Position numbers and translations under genes: made by a program. This document shows positions 59,126 to 64,000 of a stretch of 64,000 bases of DNA, in pieces (the first letter of the stretch is position 1; each line of letters begins with the position of its first letter). Source of the stretch: Candidatus Bathyarchaeota archaeon (GTDB lineage: Archaea; Thermoproteota; Bathyarchaeia; Bathyarchaeales; Bathycorpusculaceae); contig CAWHDT010000003.1 of NCBI GenBank assembly GCA_963828195.1, positions 128,001 through 192,000 on the forward strand, given 5' to 3'. The notes under the pieces are model-generated. The model made no database searches, was not told the DNA's origin, and was given only the letters and a program-made list of their open reading frames with translations.

Positions 59126-59728
59126 ATGCAAAACAAAACAAAATACAAAATAATTTCTGCGGCTTTGGCAATCATACTCCTCGCCAGCATAACTGTCGGA
59201 ACGGTAAGCTATTACCTGAATTCTTTAAATGAAAAGAACTCAAAGATATCGTCGTTAAGCGATGAAATAGCCAATTTAACAGCTCAAATTTCAACCCTTA
59301 AAAGTCAGGTCGCAAGCCTGAAGGCAAATGCAACTTCTCCGCATCTTGTTAGCACATTAACCACGAAAGAAATTTCTTGGATTACTATATGGCAAATGTT
59401 TGGTGGTGGTCCTCCATACAATTTCGTTGAGGTTACCGGGTCAGTAACAAATATTGGCGGGGGGACTGCATTTAACACTGGACTGCACGTTATTGGTTAC
59501 GACGGAACTGGTGTTTTAGCGGTAAATGTCACGGTTCCTTTGAATGATGAAAATTATCCTTATGCTGCAAGTTTTGGATCGGACAAGGCAACTGACCCGT
59601 ACGGGACAAGTTCATGGCAACTGGGAAGTTTAGGCACAGGCAAAACCGCAACAATTTATCTGGATATTTTTCATGAAGGAACGATTAGCAACTGGACTGC
59701 AACTCCCGTGTGGACAAATTCTGCCTAG
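59126..59728 (+). CDS. Membrane-anchored coiled-coil plus Ig-like hypothetical protein, paralog B
   Basis: Same motifs as 58529-59101. Confidence 0.75.
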   Translation: MQNKTKYKIISAALAIILLASITVGTVSYYLNSLNEKNSKISSLSDEIANLTAQISTLKSQVASLKANATSPHLVSTLTTKEISWITIWQMFGGGPPYNFVEVTGSVTNIGGGTAFNTGLHVIGYDGTGVLAVNVTVPLNDENYPYAASFGSDKATDPYGTSSWQLGSLGTGKTATIYLDIFHEGTISNWTATPVWTNSA

Positions 59729-59746
59729 CCGTGGGTTCAAGGCCTC

Positions 59747-60373
59747 TTATATTTCCCGTTTAAAATAGTGCTCAAGCAAACGTCTTGTTCCCCTGCGCAT
59801 AATCTCAGAAAGCGTTGCTGCGCTAATGCCTAGTTTGGCTGCGAGCTCTGCCATCCCTATTTGCCGTGGATAATCAAAAAACCCGCTTTTGAGGGCAAGC
59901 CAAAAAATCCGCTCTTGATTCTCTGTTAACACGCCTATTTGCTGCTCAAATTTGCCGATTTTTCTGATATTAACTTTGTAGCCTGCTTTTTCCAAGTCGC
60001 CTATTATGCCCTTGTAAGCTTCGGGGGTCGGCACCATGAAACTGTAAGAGATTATGCTGTCCTCCATGCTTTTGCCTGACACCAAAAAAGCCTCATGAGC
60101 CAAAATCGTGTTGCAGACCTCGCAGCCCTCGCTTTCCAGCCAAACCGCCGATTTTCCTTCCACATGCCCCTTGGAAGAGAGTTCTTTGGGAACACTGTGA
60201 GTCTGGTCTTCGCCTACATCCATCAGGTGCCTAACGCATCCCCTGCTTGAACTGCGCACGTCCACAACTTTAAGGTGCTTAAACCCGAGGGAACTAAGCT
60301 TCTTAACCATTCTGCACTGCTTGTTCTCGATTTCAATCACGACATGGTAAGGTTCACGCCACGCATCAACCAA
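59747..60373 (-). CDS. HTH-10 (bacterio-opsin activator-like) transcriptional regulator
   Basis: LTENQ..ALKSGFFDYPRQ..ELAAKLGIS.ATLSEIMRRG. Confidence 0.9.
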   Translation of the reverse strand: MVDAWREPYHVVIEIENKQCRMVKKLSSLGFKHLKVVDVRSSSRGCVRHLMDVGEDQTHSVPKELSSKGHVEGKSAVWLESEGCEVCNTILAHEAFLVSGKSMEDSIISYSFMVPTPEAYKGIIGDLEKAGYKVNIRKIGKFEQQIGVLTENQERIFWLALKSGFFDYPRQIGMAELAAKLGISAATLSEIMRRGTRRLLEHYFKREI

Positions 60374-60455
60374 ACTAATCAGCCTTACAATCTAACTTCA
60401 AGAACAGGCTGTTAAACATGTTTGCCCAAAAAAATGACCCTAAAAGCTGCGAAAT

Positions 60456-60713
60456 TTAAGGCGGAACTTGCTTGCTGGCAACCATGAGGATTTGGCTGAT
60501 TAAGAATTCTTCATCAGCGCTTTTGTGTTTAGCCCTGTGATTCTTTATGGCTCTATCCATGGCGGATAAGTCAGGGACCACCAAGATTTTTGCTCCGCAA
60601 GAACACCTTACAATGGGCATTTTTGACCTAAACTTTGGTTTGTGGCTTCGACCGAGTTCTTTTTCGATTTTATAATCGATGTGTTGATTTTTCTTTATGT
60701 TCTTACTCTCCAC
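60456..60713 (-). CDS. Small putative zinc-binding protein
   Basis: CSCG...HRAKH. Confidence 0.55.
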   Translation of the reverse strand: MESKNIKKNQHIDYKIEKELGRSHKPKFRSKMPIVRCSCGAKILVVPDLSAMDRAIKNHRAKHKSADEEFLISQILMVASKQVPP

Positions 60714-61012
60714 ATAAAAAGCTGTATTGTATCTTCTGACATCGGAAGAGCGATAAAATAATATCCTGTTTAATTCCTATTAAATATTTGTTGTCAGCTG
60801 CAAACAATCACAAAACAACAAATCTAAAATGGTTGCGTCAAAAACGAGCCCAAGCAGTCTCCACTGAAAAAGAAAAATGACTCTGCGCTTGACTTTAACC
60901 CACCTTGTCGCCGTTTCAGCCAGCATTTGTTGTCTCAGATTGATACCACATTGTTTTATAACTTTCCATAGAGAACATCATTAAAACAAGAAGGGAAGAA
61001 GGAAGGAGCTTT

Positions 61013-61594
61013 TTGGAGGTGAATTTTTTGAGAAAGAAAATTTTGATTATTGCAATAATTTCTGTTCTTTTAGTTGCAGTTCCTCTTGTGATAGCGACAG
61101 TGGAAAATCAACAAACCACAATCAATGTCAGTGGAACGGCAAGTTATCCAAATGCTGCGTCCACGCCCGACCCGACCGCAACCCCCAGCGCCTCTCCGGT
61201 GGCGACGGTAAGTTATTCTTTAACGTTGCCTAATGGCACGGCTTATCCGTCTTCATTAACTAATTTTCCGTTGATTGTGGAAGTCGACAATGGACCGATT
61301 GCTCCAGTGGTAGTTGGCGAAGTATTTAATGTCACCAACACGGGCAACGTGCCGATCAACATGACTGTGGCCGCGACAAACTTGAACTTGCCCAGCAACT
61401 TATCATTTAACTTGGGATGGGGAAACTATAATGGAGGAGCCTCAACAGTTGATGTGGGTCAATCTATAACGATGTATTTCCTCCCAACAGCTTATCCAAC
61501 GACTTTGTACTACCCCAACGGAACATTAACATTCACTCCGGGAGCAACGTTCAGCTACAGCTTCAACATCGTGATATCCGCAATAGAAGCCTAA
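61013..61594 (+). CDS. Secreted hypothetical protein
   Basis: Signal/TM, PT linker, FNVTNTGNVP Ig-like motif. Confidence 0.7.
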   Translation: MEVNFLRKKILIIAIISVLLVAVPLVIATVENQQTTINVSGTASYPNAASTPDPTATPSASPVATVSYSLTLPNGTAYPSSLTNFPLIVEVDNGPIAPVVVGEVFNVTNTGNVPINMTVAATNLNLPSNLSFNLGWGNYNGGASTVDVGQSITMYFLPTAYPTTLYYPNGTLTFTPGATFSYSFNIVISAIEA

Positions 61595-62015
61595 GTTTCT
61601 TGAAAAAGTAAAGCTATTTTTAATTAGTTTAGTTTGTTTGAACAGCGTTTTTTGAAATTCAGAATCTTTAAGGTTTAGTGGGCTCCAAGCCCTGCCCTTT
61701 TTTATGGAAACCTAGAATAAATCAATAAATCAGTTAGCCCTGAAAATTATCCTTGTGTAGTTCTGTTGGTCAAATAGACATCTTCCTCAACTTTTTCACA
61801 AGCTTTATTAAGATTTACTACACACAAGTTTTTCTGCGAAGAAACATGCATCACTCAACAAAAAAAGACCGTGAGAGTGACTAAAAAAATGCGAAAGTTA
61901 ACTTGAAAAGCCTTGTCAAGTTGGCTTCGCAAAGAGCATTAATTGAATTTGCAAAAACCTCTTATATCGACTTCGCCGATAAGGGGAACAATAATTCAGG
62001 AAGAGAGAGAGAAAA

Positions 62016-64000
62016 ATGAAAACAAACAAGTTAGGGAACATAGTTGATTCCATAAACTTTAGGAAGCTTGCAAAGCCATTAGCACTTTTCACCATTGCAA
62101 TCTTTGCCATAAGCGCAGTTTCAGTTTTTTCGCTGTCTGGAGTTCACGCTGCATCAGCAACGCTGGCGCTGCATACTTCGGGGAACCAGATACTTAACTC
62201 AAACAACAACGTTGTGTATCTACGCGGGATGGGCATAGCTGGAATGACGCCGGACCTGATTCTCTGGGGGACAGGCTCTAGCGACAGTTGGGGCGACCAA
62301 TGGGGCTCAGCCTCGTCAACAGCGGTAACCCAAACGCTAACAGAGCTATCCAGCGCCTGGAACGTAAACATGCTACGCATCTTCATTTACCCAGAATGGT
62401 GGATGCTAAATGGGGCAGACGGTACCGCAAACGGCGAAAACGTGCAGAGCTACGTTGAGACTTTGGCCAGTGAAGCAGAAGCGGCAGGCATCTATATCGA
62501 CATCGTGCCTTACCAGTTAACTGCCTGCTCAGGCTCGTTCAGCTCCGACCCGTATCTTACGCCTAACCAAGCTGGGTCTCAGGGACTGCCCATGTGCGGT
62601 AACTGGGACAGTGCAGGACAAGCATTCCTCAGCTACGAAGAAAGCCAAAACGGCTATGCTAATGAACAGGCATTCTGGACTGCGTACTGGACGTCTATGG
62701 CTAACGCGCTCAAAGCTTACCCAAACGTGATCTTTGAAGCTTGGAACGAACCTATGGGTTCATCAACCAACACCGTAACCTCAGGATACATGACTTATCT
62801 TACCACGATGTACAATGCTATACGCGGCACAGGCGCAACCAACTTGATTTTCATGCAGTGGAACTGCGGTTGGGAACCAAACGTTGGCCAGACACTGGGC
62901 TGGGCTTCGACGATATCTTCAGCTATTGGAAGCCCAACGAATTTGGCGTTTACAACGCACCTTTACTATTACGCGCCTTCGGACCTTACTTCGTACTGGA
63001 ACCAGAACGGTAAAGATTCTAGTTCAGGCGGGGTTCCTATGACTACTGCTCAGCTTGAAACGCAGCTTCAGAGTCTGCAAAGCGGCATGGACGTCAGCGC
63101 TCCACTGGTCATTAATGAGGAAGGCTCATGCCTATCCTCGTCTAGCAATACCGCAAACGACGCTACGTGGTGGACTAATTTGCTTACCGCTCAATATGCC
63201 TGTGGAATTGGCGACGGGGCTTATTATTGGCTTAGCAGCAGCGGTCTTGGCGGAACTTATGATGGTGAAGAGCTGTTGTCAAGCGGTTACACGCCGAACA
63301 CTATGGGACAAGACTACATCAATGCGTACGTAGCGCCATCTCCAACGCCAACCCCTACCGCAACGCCTACACCTACTTCAACGCCCACGCCAACCCCAAC
63401 ACCTACACCTGCACCAACCGCTACTCCAAAACCCACCGCAACTCCAACGCCAGCCCCAACCGCCACACCGACTCCAACCCCAACACCAAAACCAACAGCA
63501 ACCCCAACACCAGTTCCAACTACTGCTCCAACTCCCACGCCAACTGCAACCCCGACTCCAACTCCAGACCCGACCCCAGTTCCAACGGCCGATCCAACTC
63601 CAGCACCTACAGCAGCTCCAACCCCAACTCCTGTACCAACCGCTACGCCAACACCAACTCCGGCTCCAACGCCAGTTCCAACTCCAGCGCCGACAGCCGA
63701 TCCAACTCCAGCTCCGACACCAGCACCAACGGCTGATCCAACTCCAGCACCTACCCCGGTTCCGACCGCGGATCCTACGCCAGCGCCAACGCCGGCTCCA
63801 ACTACCGCACCAACTTCGGCGCCAACTCCAAAACCGACACAAGCCCCAACATCGCAGCCTGCCGCAGCAAATATAGTGCAGAACGGCGGTTTTGAATCTG
63901 GAACTTCACCTTGGACATTAGTTATCTCAAATCCATCGCAATATGCAGGAACGCTCACTCAGAGCTCCGACGCTTACTCTGGCAAATACAGCGGCCAATT
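62016..64000 (+). CDS. Second GH5 glycoside hydrolase with long PT linker and CBM4/9-like module; truncated by window end, absent from ORF track
   Basis: ATG 62016 MKTNKLGN...[25 protein letters not shown]; highly similar to 13196-14510; ends [16 protein letters not shown]...DAYSGKYS. Confidence 0.88.
   Translation, partial: MKTNKLGNIVDSINFRKLAKPLALFTIAIFAISAVSVFSLSGVHAASATLALHTSGNQILNSNNNVVYLRGMGIAGMTPDLILWGTGSSDSWGDQWGSASSTAVTQTLTELSSAWNVNMLRIFIYPEWWMLNGADGTANGENVQSYVETLASEAEAAGIYIDIVPYQLTACSGSFSSDPYLTPNQAGSQGLPMCGNWDSAGQAFLSYEESQNGYANEQAFWTAYWTSMANALKAYPNVIFEAWNEPMGSSTNTVTSGYMTYLTTMYNAIRGTGATNLIFMQWNCGWEPNVGQTLGWASTISSAIGSPTNLAFTTHLYYYAPSDLTSYWNQNGKDSSSGGVPMTTAQLETQLQSLQSGMDVSAPLVINEEGSCLSSSSNTANDATWWTNLLTAQYACGIGDGAYYWLSSSGLGGTYDGEELLSSGYTPNTMGQDYINAYVAPSPTPTPTATPTPTSTPTPTPTPTPAPTATPKPTATPTPAPTATPTPTPTPKPTATPTPVPTTAPTPTPTATPTPTPDPTPVPTADPTPAPTAAPTPTPVPTATPTPTPAPTPVPTPAPTADPTPAPTPAPTADPTPAPTPVPTADPTPAPTPAPTTAPTSAPTPKPTQAPTSQPAAANIVQNGGFESGTSPWTLVISNPSQYAGTLTQSSDAYSGKYSGQ
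63332..63860 (+). repeat. Low-complexity coding Pro/Thr/Ala repeat linker
   Basis: PTPTP and PTADPTPA repeats. Confidence 0.9.

Noticed and set aside
1-64000. tRNA, rRNA, transposase/integrase, or Sec/Pyl read-through genes
   Set aside because: No cloverleaf or rRNA signatures, mobile-element motifs, or in-frame-stop-split genes recognised by eye; tRNAscan-SE/Infernal would be decisive

Overview
Archaeal chromosomal segment. Gene content and style (TiaS, archaeal AlaRS/AsnRS, stand-alone Lrp/AsnC RAM proteins, DUF5752 proteins, Pro/Thr-linker surface proteins, grpE-dnaK-dnaJ) suggest Bathyarchaeia; this is an inference. Housekeeping genes (pyrG, tiaS, alaS, asnS, grpE/dnaK/dnaJ, acs+satP, hcp, AlkA-like glycosylase) alternate with two metal ABC importers, many secreted or membrane-anchored proteins and two closely related GH5 glycoside hydrolases. 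The second GH5 (from 62016) is missing from the ORF track and runs off the window. Best candidate for an undescribed system: the operon at 38953-43280, which combines a NapH/MauN-like membrane polyferredoxin, a double-cubane-cluster-type reductase, a BzdP/BzdQ-like heterodimeric ATPase and a ferredoxin that appears to start at ATC, next to two surface proteins. Non-coding signals: a two-repeat CRISPR-like mini-array (9759-9856), two candidate structured RNAs closed by 12-13 bp terminal stems (11077-11195, 52701-52836) and a dispersed ~105-bp double-hairpin element in two copies (31785-31891, 56598-56699). Several small ORFs below the track cutoff were found. I saw no rRNA, tRNA, cas or transposase genes. 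All family assignments are by motif recognition, not database search.
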